Positions 37,961 to 48,046 of a stretch of DNA of 64,000 nt are shown here, piece by piece. The DNA is taken from assembly GCA_963812755.1 (NCBI GenBank), contig CAWEWK010000026.1, positions 168,078 through 232,077 on the forward strand, in the 5' to 3' direction. The stretch's first letter is position 1; every line of letters begins with the position of its first letter. The notes under the pieces are model-generated. The model did no database searches. It saw only the letters and a list, made by a program, of their open reading frames with translations, and was not told the DNA's origin. The position numbers and the translations under genes were made by a program. This DNA is from an uncultured Gemmatimonadales bacterium (GTDB lineage: Bacteria > Gemmatimonadota > Gemmatimonadetes > Gemmatimonadales > GWC2-71-9).

Positions 37961-39874
37961 TCATTTATAGCTTCTCTGCGCCAGGTGCACGTACTCGAAC
38001 GTCAGCGGCTCCTTGTGGAGTCGCGGCTCGGCGTCGGGGCCACGGTACTCCCATCCCGCCACGTAAGCGAAGTGCTCGTCGTCTCGTCTGGCCTCGCCAT
38101 CCTCGGTTTGATGCTCTTCGCGGAAATGCCCCCCGCAGGATTCTTCCCGATGCAGCGCATCGCGGCACATCAGCTCGCCCAGCTCCAGGAAGTCGGCCAC
38201 CCGCCCGGCCTTCTCCAGTGCCTGGTTGAGCTCGGCATCGCTGCCGGTCACGTTGAGGTTGCGCCAGAACTCCTCTCGGAGCGCGGGAATCCGGCCGAGC
38301 GCCTCTCGCAGGCCCGCGGCATTCCGGGCCATGCCGCACTTGTCCCACATCAGCTTGCCCAGCTCGCGATGGAAGGAATCTACGGTACGCTCTCCCTGGA
38401 TCTCGAGCAGCGACCTGGTGCGGGCGGTGACCTCGGCCTCCACCCGCCGTACTTCCGGGTGGGTGAGGTCGATCTTGTCCAGTCGAGTGGAGGCCAGATA
38501 ATCACCGATGGTGCTGGGCAGAATGAAATAGCCGTCGGCCAGCCCCTGCATGAGCGCACTGGCGCCCAGCCGGTTGGCACCGTGATCCGAGAAGTTGGCC
38601 TCGCCGATGACGTGGAGGCCCGGAATGGTGCTCATCAAGTTGTAGTCCACCCAGAGCCCACCCATGGTGTAGTGCACCGCCGGATAGATCCGCATGGGCG
38701 CGGCGTACGGGTCCTCATCGGTGATTCGATGATACATCTCGAACAGGTTGCCGTACCGCTCCCGGATGGTGCCGGCTCCCAGGCGCCGGATCGCGTCGGC
38801 AAAGTCGAGATAGACACCCAGGGCTCCCGGACCGACGCCCCGGCCTTCGTCGCACACCGTTTTCGCCGCTCGGGACGCAATGTCGCGGGGGGCCAGATTG
38901 CCGAAGCTGGGATACCGGCGCTCGAGGTAGTAGTCCCGCTCCCCCTCCGGAATTTGGCTCGGCGGTCTGGTGTCACCCGGACGCTTCGGCACCCACACCC
39001 GGCCATCGTTGCGGAGCGATTCGCTCATCAGGGTGAGCTTGGACTGGTACTCCCCACTCACGGGGATGCAGGTGGGATGAATCTGGGTGTAGCAGGGATT
39101 GCCGAAGGCCGCGCCTCGCTTGTGCGCCCGCCAGATGGCGGTGGCGTTGGAGCCCTTGGCATTGGTCGATAGATAGAACACGTTGCCGTAGCCGCCGGTG
39201 GCCAGCACCACGGCGTCACCTAGATGGCACTCGATCTTGCCCGTCACCATATCCCGGGTGACGATCCCCCGAGCCCGGCCGCCGATCACGATCAGGTCGA
39301 GCATCTCGGTGCGGGGATGCATGCTTACGCCTCCGCGTGCCACCTCCTTCTCCAGCGCCTGGTAGGCCCCCAGCAGCAGTTGTTGCCCGGTTTGTCCCCG
39401 GGCGTAGAAGGTCCGCGACACCTGCGCGCCCCCGAACGAGCGATTGGCCAGCGAACCACCGTACTCCCGTGCGAAGGGCACTCCCTGGGCCACGCACTGG
39501 TCGATGATCTCGACGCTGATCTGGGCCAAGCGATACACGTTGGCCTCCCGGGCCCGAAAATCTCCCCCCTTGACCGTGTCATAAAACAGGCGGTAGACGC
39601 TGTCCCCGTCGTTGCGATAATTCTTGGCCGCGTTGATGCCCCCCTGTGCCGCGATGCTGTGTGCCCGACGGGGAGAATCCTGAAAGCAGAAGCACTTCAC
39701 GTTGTAGCCCAGCTCGCTCAGCGTCGCCGCCGCCGAGGCTCCGGCCAAGCCGCTGCCGACCACAAGAACGGTGTATTTCCGCTTATTGGCCGGATTCACC
39801 AGCTTCATCTCGAAGCGGTGCTTGTCCCATTTGGATTCGATGGGCCCGGAAGGGGCTCTAGATCTCAGGTCCAT
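37961..39874 (-). CDS. sdhA: succinate dehydrogenase/fumarate reductase flavoprotein subunit
   Basis: 637 aa. [15 protein letters not shown] fold and [13 protein letters not shown] (FAD-linked His region). Long type-B form. Confidence 0.96.
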   Translation of the reverse strand: MDLRSRAPSGPIESKWDKHRFEMKLVNPANKRKYTVLVVGSGLAGASAAATLSELGYNVKCFCFQDSPRRAHSIAAQGGINAAKNYRNDGDSVYRLFYDTVKGGDFRAREANVYRLAQISVEIIDQCVAQGVPFAREYGGSLANRSFGGAQVSRTFYARGQTGQQLLLGAYQALEKEVARGGVSMHPRTEMLDLIVIGGRARGIVTRDMVTGKIECHLGDAVVLATGGYGNVFYLSTNAKGSNATAIWRAHKRGAAFGNPCYTQIHPTCIPVSGEYQSKLTLMSESLRNDGRVWVPKRPGDTRPPSQIPEGERDYYLERRYPSFGNLAPRDIASRAAKTVCDEGRGVGPGALGVYLDFADAIRRLGAGTIRERYGNLFEMYHRITDEDPYAAPMRIYPAVHYTMGGLWVDYNLMSTIPGLHVIGEANFSDHGANRLGASALMQGLADGYFILPSTIGDYLASTRLDKIDLTHPEVRRVEAEVTARTRSLLEIQGERTVDSFHRELGKLMWDKCGMARNAAGLREALGRIPALREEFWRNLNVTGSDAELNQALEKAGRVADFLELGELMCRDALHREESCGGHFREEHQTEDGEARRDDEHFAYVAGWEYRGPDAEPRLHKEPLTFEYVHLAQRSYK

Positions 39875-39886
39875 ACCGTCCCACTC

Positions 39887-40558
39887 TCATCTCACCATTC
39901 CCAACCAGACTGCCAGGGGGATCACGCTAAACCCCAACCAGATGAACCCGGCAAGGGCCAGGGCCAACGTGCGGCGTAGCGGGTGTGGCGACGGCGGGCT
40001 CATTCCCAGACTCCGTCCGCTGCTCCAGAGACCGTGGTACAGATGGAGCCCGACTGCCGCCAGGGCGACCATGTAGAACAGAACTACCAGTCGGTTGTGA
40101 AACCCGGCCACGACGTTGTGATAGGGGTCTCCCTCGACGAAGTCGGGGTGAGCCGTGCCGATGGTGAAGTGAAGGATATGGTAGACCAGAAACACCAGGA
40201 TCAGCGCCCCGCCCCAGCGGATGGTGCGGGAGGCAAGGGAGGCAACCTGCGCCTTGCGGCCCGCGGCGTAACCCACCGGCCGCGCCGCCTGGCGCCGCAG
40301 GGTGAGCTCCGTTGCGGCGACGATGTGCAGGACTACGGCCACAATCAGGACGCCACGCGCCAGCCAGAGCGCGCCGCCGGTGCCGTGCAGAAATGCCGAG
40401 TAGGCGTTGATCCGCGCCGGTCCCTGGAAGACCAGCAGGTTGGCCAGAACGTGGGTGATCAGGTAAGCCACCAGGATCAACCCCGTAACGGCCATTACCG
40501 CCTTCTTCACCACCGACGACGCCCACAGGGCGCGCGCCCGATTCATCGGCCGGTCCAC
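39887..40558 (-). CDS. sdhC: succinate dehydrogenase cytochrome b subunit (b558 / type B, 5 TM)
   Basis: 223 aa hydrophobic protein with multiple conserved His in TM helices. Lies immediately upstream of sdhA. Confidence 0.85.
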   Translation of the reverse strand: MDRPMNRARALWASSVVKKAVMAVTGLILVAYLITHVLANLLVFQGPARINAYSAFLHGTGGALWLARGVLIVAVVLHIVAATELTLRRQAARPVGYAAGRKAQVASLASRTIRWGGALILVFLVYHILHFTIGTAHPDFVEGDPYHNVVAGFHNRLVVLFYMVALAAVGLHLYHGLWSSGRSLGMSPPSPHPLRRTLALALAGFIWLGFSVIPLAVWLGMVR

Positions 40559-40559
40559 C

Positions 40560-41489
40560 TCACCCGTCGACCACCGCCTGGGTGGCCCGCACCGCCTCCG
40601 CCGACTGGTGCAGCTCGGCGCGCTCGGCGTCGGTCAGCTGGATGTCGAGAATCTTCTCCAGACCCTTTCGCCCGAGCTTGCAGGGTACTCCGCAGAATAC
40701 GTCGCGCAACCCGAACTCGCCCTGCAGCCATGCCGAGCACGGGAGGACGCGCTTCTTGTCCAGCGCAATGGCTTCGACCATCTGGACGGCCGCGGCGCTG
40801 GGAGCGTAGTACGCCGAGCCGGTCTTCAGAAATGCGACGATCTCGGCGCCGCCGTTCCGGGTCCGGGTCACGATCGCGTCCAGCTTCTCCCGGTCGATCA
40901 GCTGGGTGACCGGAATACCGGAAACGGTGGTGTAGGAGATCAGGGGAACCATGGTATCACCATGCCCACCCAGCACCATAGCTTGAATATCCTCTACCGA
41001 GACGTCCATCGCGTCCGCGAGGAACGTCCGATACCGGGCGGTGTCGAGCACACCCGCCATGCCCAGGACTCGTTCCCGGGGAAAGCCGGTGGCCTTCATC
41101 GCCACGTAACACATCACATCCAGCGGATTGGAGACCACCACGATGATCGACTTGGGTGCCACCCGGGCGATCTGCTCCGACACCGACCGCACGATCCCGG
41201 CGTTGGTCTTGACCAGGTCGTCGCGGCTCATCCCCGGCTTTCTGGCGATCCCGGCGGTGACCACGAACAGGTCCGCACCCACGGCATCGTCGTAGCTCTG
41301 GCTACCGATCACTCGCGTATCGAAGCCTTCGATGGGCCCCGACTGCCACTGGTCGAGTGCCTTGCCTTGGGGGACTCCCTCGATCACGTCGATCATGACC
41401 ACGGTTCGGGCCAGATTCTTTTCGGCCAGTCGCTGCGCCGCGGTGGCGCCGACGTTCCCCGCCCCGACAACCGCAACTTTGCCCAGCAT
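40560..41489 (-). CDS. mdh: malate dehydrogenase (LDH-like family)
   Basis: 309 aa. [25 protein letters not shown] and GGHGDTMVP. Confidence 0.94.
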   Translation of the reverse strand: MLGKVAVVGAGNVGATAAQRLAEKNLARTVVMIDVIEGVPQGKALDQWQSGPIEGFDTRVIGSQSYDDAVGADLFVVTAGIARKPGMSRDDLVKTNAGIVRSVSEQIARVAPKSIIVVVSNPLDVMCYVAMKATGFPRERVLGMAGVLDTARYRTFLADAMDVSVEDIQAMVLGGHGDTMVPLISYTTVSGIPVTQLIDREKLDAIVTRTRNGGAEIVAFLKTGSAYYAPSAAAVQMVEAIALDKKRVLPCSAWLQGEFGLRDVFCGVPCKLGRKGLEKILDIQLTDAERAELHQSAEAVRATQAVVDG

Positions 41490-41546
41490 TGAGCGCCGCT
41501 TTCCGGTGGAGGTTCAGCCTGTGGTAAACCGCCGCAATATAAGACC

Positions 41547-42014
41547 CTAGACCCGAGACTCCAGACGGTTGCAGTGCCTCAGGGCCTCGTACAACACCAC
41601 CCCGACCGCGGTCGCCAGATTGAGGCTGCGCACCGGACCGCTCATCGGAATCTTGAAGCAGCTCTCCGGGTGTTTCTCCAGGATTCGGGTGGGCATTCCC
41701 TCGGTCTCGCTGCCGAAAACCAGGCAACTATTCGGACGATAGGGCGCATCCCAGAAGCTTCGCTCGGCGTTGGCGGAGAAGTACAGGCAGCGACTCCGGT
41801 CCATGGCGTCGCGGAAGGCATACCAGTCGGGATGCACCCAGAGGTCCACTGCGCTCCAGTAGTCCAGCCCGGCGCGCCGCAGGTCGGCATCGGCAATCGA
41901 AAAGCCCAGTGGCCCGATCAGATGCAGTGGGGAGTCGGTCGCCGCGCAGAGACGCGCGATGTTGCCGGTGTTGGGTGGGATCTGGGGCTGGATCAGCGCG
42001 ACGTGGAGCGCCAT
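41547..42014 (-). CDS. trmL: tRNA (cytidine/uridine-2'-O)-methyltransferase TrmL (SpoU family)
   Basis: ORF trimmed to MALHVALIQPQIPPNTGNIARLC (155 aa). C-terminal SLNLATAVGVVLYEAL. The ATG shares 1 nt with the moaA stop. Confidence 0.88.
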   Translation of the reverse strand: MALHVALIQPQIPPNTGNIARLCAATDSPLHLIGPLGFSIADADLRRAGLDYWSAVDLWVHPDWYAFRDAMDRSRCLYFSANAERSFWDAPYRPNSCLVFGSETEGMPTRILEKHPESCFKIPMSGPVRSLNLATAVGVVLYEALRHCNRLESRV

Positions 42015-43051
42015 CAGCCGCCGCGGGTATGCATTTCGCGCCGGGGGTCGGCGCGCAGGCTCTCGATCTGGTGGAGGATGCTCCGATTGGGAAGCTCGGC
42101 TCGTTCCTCCGCCCCGCGATCGGTCCGGGCCTGCCATACGTCGGCGAGTCGCGCGGCAATCTCGTCATCATCAGATCCCAGGCGAAGCAACTCCCGGAGA
42201 TCCAGGCCCTGCTCGCCGTAGAGGCACAGAAGGAAAGTGCCATCCGCCGTCAGGCGCCCACGGTCACAGGTTCGGCAGAAGGGAGCGGTGGTGGAGGCGA
42301 TGACACCGAACCGGGTTCCGTCCCGCAATCCAAAGCTCTCCGCCGGCGCCCAATTGTCCCGACTCAGCGGAGTGGTCGGTCCGTAACGCCCTGCGATGGT
42401 CTTCAGGATGTCCCTTTGGGGCACGACCTGATCCAGCGTCCATCCGGTTGCTCCGCCTACGTCCATGTATTCGATGAAACGAACTTCGATCCGGTGCCGG
42501 CGGCCGAATTCCAGGAGGTCGAGAATTTCGTCGTCGTTGTAACCCCGGATCACGACCGAGTTGAGCTTGACCGAATCGAAGCCCACCGCACTCGCGGCCC
42601 GGATCCCCTCGAGGACGTCTGCATGATGCCCGCTCCGCGCGAAGGCCAGCATCCGCTCCGGGCGAAGAGTGTCGAGGCTGACCGTGACCCGCCGTAATCC
42701 GGCCCGGCGCAGGTCGGCCGCGTGGCGGCCCAAGAGCAGACCGTTGGTGGTGAGCGCCAGATCACCGATGGCTGGGTTGGCGGCGAGCAGCCGCACCAGC
42801 GTGGCGAGGTCGTGCCGCAGCAAGGGCTCGCCACCGGTGAGCCGAATCTTGCTGACGCCGAGACCGGTAAAGATCCGGGCCACCCGCTCGATCTCCTCGA
42901 AGGTGAGGATCGACTCTCGCGGCAGCCAGATGTATTCCGCCTCGGGCATGCAATAGCGACAGCGGAGGTTGCACCGGTCGGTCACCGAGATACGCAGGTT
43001 GCGCAGCGGCCGACCCAGGAGATCAGTGGGTCGCATAGCGGCCTCGCTCAT
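42014..43051 (-). CDS. moaA: GTP 3',8-cyclase (molybdenum cofactor biosynthesis protein A)
   Basis: 345 aa. LRISVTDRCNLRCRYCMP radical-SAM motif and the C-terminal cluster FCRTCDRGRLTADG. Confidence 0.95.
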   Translation of the reverse strand: MSEAAMRPTDLLGRPLRNLRISVTDRCNLRCRYCMPEAEYIWLPRESILTFEEIERVARIFTGLGVSKIRLTGGEPLLRHDLATLVRLLAANPAIGDLALTTNGLLLGRHAADLRRAGLRRVTVSLDTLRPERMLAFARSGHHADVLEGIRAASAVGFDSVKLNSVVIRGYNDDEILDLLEFGRRHRIEVRFIEYMDVGGATGWTLDQVVPQRDILKTIAGRYGPTTPLSRDNWAPAESFGLRDGTRFGVIASTTAPFCRTCDRGRLTADGTFLLCLYGEQGLDLRELLRLGSDDDEIAARLADVWQARTDRGAEERAELPNRSILHQIESLRADPRREMHTRGG

Positions 43052-43493
43052 CCCCGACCCACTCCACTGTGCCGTCCTGGAAGAATTCCCGCTTCCAGAT
43101 GGGGACTCTTCGCTTCACTTCCTCGATCGCGTGGCGGCACGCGGCGAAGGCGGCCTCGCGGTGGGCGGCCGCGACGGCGATTGCCACCGCCGTGTCGCCG
43201 ACAGCGAGCCTGCCGATCCGGTGCCGTAAGCAGATACTGACCGGCCAACGCGACTGCGTTTCCACAACGATGCGATCGAGCTCGGCTTCGGCCATGGCTT
43301 CATAGGCGGTGTACTCCAACCGCTCCACTGGACGCCCGTCCTGATGGTTGCGCACCACTCCCACGAAGCAGGCGATTCCGCCCCGCTCGGGAGATTGCAC
43401 CTCCGCGATCAGCGCGCCCAGGTCGATCGGCTGATCGATCAAGAAGCCCACATCACCCTCCGGCCAACGGCGGCAGGATCGCAATTTCGTCAC
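43023..43493 (-). CDS. moaE: molybdopterin synthase catalytic subunit
   Basis: 156 aa. GGIACFVGVVRNH...LEYTAYEAMAE, and PIWKREFF near the C-terminus. The exact start is uncertain because it overlaps moaD. Confidence 0.88.
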   Translation of the reverse strand: MTKLRSCRRWPEGDVGFLIDQPIDLGALIAEVQSPERGGIACFVGVVRNHQDGRPVERLEYTAYEAMAEAELDRIVVETQSRWPVSICLRHRIGRLAVGDTAVAIAVAAAHREAAFAACRHAIEEVKRRVPIWKREFFQDGTVEWVGDERGRYATH

Positions 43494-43722
43494 CCGGGCT
43501 CAGCGTCGCGTCGGAGGTCACATGAGCCAGGTTCAGGGCAACCAGTGGCCGCGCCGGCAGTTGATCACCGCCGGGCAACAGGCGCAGATGAGCAATAACG
43601 GCGTTCACGGTGGCGGGCGCCGGAAGGGTCAGTTCGAGGGCGCCCGATCCCATCCGCTCAGCGTAGCTCCCAAAGAGGAGAACCCGCACCTGGACCGCGA
43701 TCATCGTCTGAGTCTCCATCAA
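43453..43722 (-). CDS. moaD: molybdopterin synthase sulfur-carrier subunit
   Basis: ThiS/MoaD-like small protein ending in ILPPLAGG (C-terminal GG). The likely true start is MIAVQVRVLLFG at 43704. Confidence 0.85.
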   Translation of the reverse strand: MMETQTMIAVQVRVLLFGSYAERMGSGALELTLPAPATVNAVIAHLRLLPGGDQLPARPLVALNLAHVTSDATLSPGDEIAILPPLAGG

Positions 43723-43770
43723 TGGAACCTATCCCGGGTGAACAGAGAGTGAAACGGCAGCGCACCGCAC

Positions 43771-43818
43771 TTCAAGAAGAAGGGCCACCCCCGGGCCTGG
43801 CTGCCCTGGGTGGCCCCT
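43771..43818 (-). terminator. intrinsic terminator downstream of the HU/IHF gene
   Basis: Begins 25 nt after the stop. A 9-bp GC stem pairs GGGCCACCC (43782-43790) with GGGTGGCCC (43808-43816). On the minus strand it is followed by TTCTTCTTGAA. Confidence 0.55.
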
Positions 43819-43842
43819 CTGAATTGCCTGCCCGCTCGCCTG

Positions 43843-44172
43843 CTACATGCCCTGCACCGGCTCCGCGGACGGCTGATCCTCGTCTGCAACTAAAGCCCGT
43901 AACTCTTTGCTGGGCTTAAACACCGGGACGGGGCGGGCAGCCACCTCGACCGGATCGCCGGTGCGGGGGTTGCGCGCCATCCGGGTCTTCCGGCGTCGAA
44001 TCTTGAAGGTGCCGAAGCCCCGGACCTCGATGTTGTGCTGTTGCTTGAGCGCGTCCTTGACCGCCTCGAGGAAGGCGTCCACCACTCGGGCGCAGTCTTT
44101 CTTGGAGATCATGGGACCCGCGGTGCGGGCGATTGAGGCGGTTACCTGTTCGACGAGATCGGCCTTGGTCAT
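43843..44172 (-). CDS. HU/IHF-family DNA-binding protein
   Basis: 109 aa. GFGTFKIRRRKTRMARNPRTGDPVEV is the beta-arm motif of the bacterial histone-like family. Confidence 0.9.
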   Translation of the reverse strand: MTKADLVEQVTASIARTAGPMISKKDCARVVDAFLEAVKDALKQQHNIEVRGFGTFKIRRRKTRMARNPRTGDPVEVAARPVPVFKPSKELRALVADEDQPSAEPVQGM

Positions 44173-44229
44173 GCGTCCCCCAGAAGGGTTACCAGACAGC
44201 GGAGCTCGGGCGGGCCTCCCACCTGGCCG

Positions 44230-44258
44230 ATAGTATGAGCTTAAGTGTTGTCTGTCAA
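44230..44258 (-). promoter_or_regulatory. candidate sigma70-type promoter of the HU/IHF gene
   Basis: The minus strand reads TTGACA (44258..44253, overlapping the carA stop), a 17-nt spacer, then TACTAT (44235..44230). It lies ~58 nt upstream of the ATG. Consensus matching only. Confidence 0.45.
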
Positions 44259-45349
44259 GGGGTTGGGCTTAAGGACCCCAGGAATTCGGCGAAGTGGGGG
44301 AAGGCGTCGTGTGGCCCCGGCGCCGCCTCGGGGTGGTATTGCACCGCGAAGAGCGGCAACTCCCGATGGCGAACGCCTTCGATGGTGCCGTCGTTCAAAT
44401 TCAGATGGGTCACTTCCAATTCCGGCGCACCCGGGACTCCACCCTCGTCTCCAACCACAGCAAAGCCATGGTTTTGCGTCGTGATGAGCACCTGGCCCGT
44501 GCGCAGATCGCGCACCGGGTGATTGCCGCCCCGGTGCCCGTAAGGAAGCTTGGAGGTTTCTCCCCCGAAGGCCAACCCGATCAACTGATGCCCGAGGCAG
44601 ATTCCGAAGGTGGGCAGTCCCTTGCCGGAAAGCTCTCGAATAGTCCCCAACGCGTAGTCTACCGCGGCAGGATCACCCGGCCCATTGGAAAGGAAGAGCC
44701 CATCCGGGTTTAGCTCACGGACCTCCAAGGCGCTGGTCTCTGCCGGCACGACCGTAACCCGGCATCCGGCATCCACCAGCTTGCGAACGATGTTTCGCTT
44801 CATCCCGTAATCGTAGGCCACCACATGAGGACCGCTTCCCTCACTCCAGCGCTCCTTTCCGCTGGCCCGGGAAGCCAGATCGAGTCCGTTCATTGACGGG
44901 GACGCCATGAGCTGCGCCATGATCTCGCGACCCGGCTGACGACCCTCCGCGACGACGCCACGCATGGCGCCGCGCTCCCGCAGGTGCCGCGTGAGACGCC
45001 GGGTATCGATACCCTCGACCACCGGGATCCCGGAAGTCGAGAGCCAGTCGTCCAGGCTCCTGGTTGAACGCCAGTTCGAGGGATAGCGCGACAGCTCGCG
45101 CACCACGACCCCGGTCACCTGGGGCCGCTCCGATTCCATGTCTTCGGCATTCACCCCGTAGTTGCCGATCATCGGGGCGGTCATCACCACGATCTGGCCG
45201 AGATAGCTCGGATCGGTGAAGGTCTCCTGATAGCCGGTGAGATTGGTGGTGAATACCACCTCGCCGAATGCAGGCTCGATCGAGCGGGCCGTCGTTCCGG
45301 GAAACCAGGCGCCGTCCTCGAGCAATACGAAAGCGGGGCGATCGTTCAT
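44255..45349 (-). CDS. carA: carbamoyl-phosphate synthase small (glutaminase) subunit
   Basis: ORF 44255..45622 trimmed to [13 protein letters not shown] (364 aa). GICLGHQL (catalytic Cys), HRGGNHPV and FAVQYHPEA. carB is not adjacent. Confidence 0.93.
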   Translation of the reverse strand: MNDRPAFVLLEDGAWFPGTTARSIEPAFGEVVFTTNLTGYQETFTDPSYLGQIVVMTAPMIGNYGVNAEDMESERPQVTGVVVRELSRYPSNWRSTRSLDDWLSTSGIPVVEGIDTRRLTRHLRERGAMRGVVAEGRQPGREIMAQLMASPSMNGLDLASRASGKERWSEGSGPHVVAYDYGMKRNIVRKLVDAGCRVTVVPAETSALEVRELNPDGLFLSNGPGDPAAVDYALGTIRELSGKGLPTFGICLGHQLIGLAFGGETSKLPYGHRGGNHPVRDLRTGQVLITTQNHGFAVVGDEGGVPGAPELEVTHLNLNDGTIEGVRHRELPLFAVQYHPEAAPGPHDAFPHFAEFLGSLSPTP

Positions 45350-45374
45350 TCGGTCGCCCCGCGCTGGGATCGCA

Positions 45375-45794
45375 TCACTGCTTGGGTTTCTCCGGAGTGG
45401 GAGCCGTGGGCGAAGGCGCCGGCTTGGTGGGCGCCGCCGCGGGTGGAGTTCCCGTGGCGCCTTGGGCCGGAGGCTGGGTCGGCGTCCCAAACGGCAGAGT
45501 CGCGTTGGGTGCCGGCTCCGCCGGAGTGGCGGACCGCAGACGCTGCTGAAGCTCGCTGGCCGAGCTACCGCCGCGAGGGACGAACGAGAGCAGGAGCGAC
45601 AAGACCAGGAAGATTCCGCCACACCACCAGCTCAGCTTGTGCAGGATGGTGACCGCTTGCCGCCCGCCGAGCACGGTGTCGGTAGTCCCGCCGCCAAGAG
45701 AAGCGAGTCCCCCGCCCTGACCGGCCTGCAGCAGGACGACGACCGAGAGCAGCAGGGCGTCGATGATGAGCAGCGTGAGCAAAAATGCGAACAT
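45375..45794 (-). CDS. secG: preprotein translocase subunit SecG (with a Pro/Ala-rich tail)
   Basis: 139 aa. [16 protein letters not shown] between two TM helices. AGGAGA Shine-Dalgarno 5 nt upstream. The last ~65 aa are low-complexity P/A/T. Confidence 0.85.
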   Translation of the reverse strand: MFAFLLTLLIIDALLLSVVVLLQAGQGGGLASLGGGTTDTVLGGRQAVTILHKLSWWCGGIFLVLSLLLSFVPRGGSSASELQQRLRSATPAEPAPNATLPFGTPTQPPAQGATGTPPAAAPTKPAPSPTAPTPEKPKQ

Positions 45795-45849
45795 GGTGGT
45801 CTCCTGGGCAGCCGGGAAGTCTAGTCACCGGTGGAGGTTGGGTCAACAC

Positions 45850-46734
45850 TCAGTCGATCTCGTCGATCGACCGCGGCCAGTCCTCCCGCAGCAGGCGCGA
45901 CAGGGCACGATCGGCCAGCAGCCTGCCTCCGGTCTGACATCGGGCGCAGTAGTTGGTCTCATTGTCGGCGTAGCGGATGCGCTGCACCGGCGTCCCGCAC
46001 GCCGGGCAGGGCTGCCCGTACCGGCCATGCACGGCCATCCCTTCCCGGAACGCCGTGACTCTTTCGGGAAACCCGCCGCGCGACTCTTCCCGCAGCTTCG
46101 CGATCCACTCCAGGAGGATCTCTCGCGTCGCGTGAAACAGCCGGTCGGTCTCTTCGGCCGAGATCCGACTGGTGAGCGCCAGTGGAGAGAGCCGGGCCCG
46201 GTGGAGGATCTCATCCGAGTACGCGTTGCCGATGCCGCTGAAGAGTCGGGGGTCCGTCAACGCCCGCTTGAGGGTGTGGTTCTCGCTGGTGAGCCGCGCG
46301 CTGAAGCCGGCGAGATCGGTCTCCAATACTTCGAGTCCGCCACGCTGATACTCCGCCAGCCCCTCTTCGCCACTCACCAGGTGGATCGAGGCTCGGCGCT
46401 TGCTCCCAGCCTCGGTGAGGATGAGCTGTCCGTTGGGAAACAGGAACACCGCCAGGGCGAGCTTGCCCGGGAGCTTGGCTTCGGGGGGACGCCACCGAAG
46501 ACGGCCAGCGATCATGAGGTGGATGACGATGAACAGCTCGCCCTCCAGCCGCAGGACGATACGCTTCCCCATGCGCCGCAGACCGGTCACCCGTTTGCCT
46601 TCCAGCTCCGCCAGGGGAGGAGTGACCGATCGGAGCACGAACGGATTGCGGATGATGAGTTGCTCGAGTCGCTGATGCACCACCAATGGAGCGAGTCGCT
46701 CCAGGTAGACGGCGATGTCGGGAAGCTCGGGCAT
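45850..46734 (-). CDS. Fpg/Nei-family DNA glycosylase/AP lyase
   Basis: 294 aa. MPELPDI catalytic N-terminus (Pro2/Glu3). C-terminal zinc finger CPACGTPV...YCARCQ. Confidence 0.88.
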   Translation of the reverse strand: MPELPDIAVYLERLAPLVVHQRLEQLIIRNPFVLRSVTPPLAELEGKRVTGLRRMGKRIVLRLEGELFIVIHLMIAGRLRWRPPEAKLPGKLALAVFLFPNGQLILTEAGSKRRASIHLVSGEEGLAEYQRGGLEVLETDLAGFSARLTSENHTLKRALTDPRLFSGIGNAYSDEILHRARLSPLALTSRISAEETDRLFHATREILLEWIAKLREESRGGFPERVTAFREGMAVHGRYGQPCPACGTPVQRIRYADNETNYCARCQTGGRLLADRALSRLLREDWPRSIDEID

Positions 46735-46747
46735 GCGAGGCTATGGG

Positions 46748-48046
46748 CTATCGTCCATGGCGCTTACTGGCGCGCCAGCGGCCGCCAACGAAGGTGCCGG
46801 CGATGGCTTCGTTCCCTGCCCCGAAAACGATCGCCTCGAGCAATTGCCCCGCGGGTACATCCGCGAGCGCCGGGCCGTCGAGATCGATGGCGACCAAGTC
46901 GCCCCAGTCTCCGACCGCAATGCGTCCCGCGTCGAGGCCGAGCGCGGCCGCGCCTCCCCTAGTAGCGGCTGCGAGCAAAGTCGGGGCGACGAGGCCCGCC
47001 GGGCCGGCCAAGGCGCCCCGAAGCTCTCCCCGAAGCCGTTGGCCGTATTCCAGCCAGCGCATCTCCTCCACCGCCGAAAGCCGAAGATTGGAGTCGGTTC
47101 CCAGGCACAGACGGTCACCACGCGCGTGAACCTGATCCAGCCGGGGTATTCCGTCGCCCAGGTTCCCTTCGGTGAGAGGGCAGGCACAAGTCCTCCCCCC
47201 GGCGTCCAGGAAGCGGGCCATGTCCGCCGGGGCGGTGTGGGTACAATGGACCGCGGTGAGATTACCCGCGTCTTCCAGCGTATCCAGGATTGCTGCCATC
47301 GGGGTCCGGCCGAGCGCAGCCAGAGACTCTTCGATTTCCCGTCGTTGTTCCTCGACGTGCATGTGAAAGGGCAGTCCCCGACGCCGGGCCTCCTGGTGCA
47401 GCTCGCCGAGCTGTTCGAGACCCACAGCCCGCACGCTGTGCGGTGCCACCCCTAAGGTCTGGGTAGCCGGGTCGAGCAGGCGCCCTAACCGATCGACTTG
47501 CCGCCAATATTCCTCCGGCGAGCGGGTCTCGAAGCGGCGTTGGGCCCCATCGAGCGGCTTTCCGATCGCGCCGGTGGCGTAATACGACTCCAGCAAGACG
47601 ATCCGAATCCCTACCTCGGCGGCCGCGGCGAGGACCACTTCGTCGAACGCGTAATCCTGCCCCCGCTCATGGTGCAGGTAGTGAAACTCTCCGACGGTGG
47701 TGAATCCGGCGTCGCGCATCTCCCCGAACGTCCGCAGGCAATGGCTCCGAAGCTCCTGGCCATCCAGTGACGACACCAAGGCATACATCGCTTCCCGCCA
47801 GCTCCAGAAGCTTCCCGCGCCCTGGGGAAACTCCTCGCCGCTGCCTCGCAGCCCTCGCTGAAAAGCGTGGGAGTGCGCCGTGATGAATCCGGGGAGGAGC
47901 GCGATCCGGTCGAGACGACTGGTCGGTATCTGTCCCAAGGTTCCGACTGCCTGAATCCGACCGTCCTCTCCGATCGCCACCTGGAAGCCCGGTGCGAACC
48001 GATCCCCAGTCCAGGTGAGCTGGGCTTGGAGAACGGCGCCGGTCAC
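46748..48046 (-). CDS. hutF: amidohydrolase-superfamily deiminase, formimidoylglutamate deiminase (HutF)-like
   Basis: ORF trimmed to the GTG at 48046 (GTGA overlap with the upstream stop), 432 aa. HSHAFQRGLRG metal motif, plus HMHVEEQ and HCTH. The symbol is assigned from motif memory only. Confidence 0.6.
   Translation of the reverse strand: MTGAVLQAQLTWTGDRFAPGFQVAIGEDGRIQAVGTLGQIPTSRLDRIALLPGFITAHSHAFQRGLRGSGEEFPQGAGSFWSWREAMYALVSSLDGQELRSHCLRTFGEMRDAGFTTVGEFHYLHHERGQDYAFDEVVLAAAAEVGIRIVLLESYYATGAIGKPLDGAQRRFETRSPEEYWRQVDRLGRLLDPATQTLGVAPHSVRAVGLEQLGELHQEARRRGLPFHMHVEEQRREIEESLAALGRTPMAAILDTLEDAGNLTAVHCTHTAPADMARFLDAGGRTCACPLTEGNLGDGIPRLDQVHARGDRLCLGTDSNLRLSAVEEMRWLEYGQRLRGELRGALAGPAGLVAPTLLAAATRGGAAALGLDAGRIAVGDWGDLVAIDLDGPALADVPAGQLLEAIVFGAGNEAIAGTFVGGRWRASKRHGR

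Noticed and set aside
37934-39172. 412-aa plus-strand ORF opposite sdhA, and similar antisense or alternate-frame ORFs throughout (for example 10308..11360, 11963..12916, 14478..15839, 55338..57086)
   Set aside because: Each lies inside a confidently identified gene on the other strand or in another frame, and each shows the Arg/Pro/Gly-rich composition of non-coding frames in high-GC DNA.
43723-43842. Possible Moco riboswitch upstream of moaD-moaE-moaA
   Set aside because: The 120-nt spacer is largely occupied by the HU/IHF terminator hairpin. I could not recognise the conserved Moco-motif helices by eye. It would need a covariance-model scan (Rfam RF01055) to settle.
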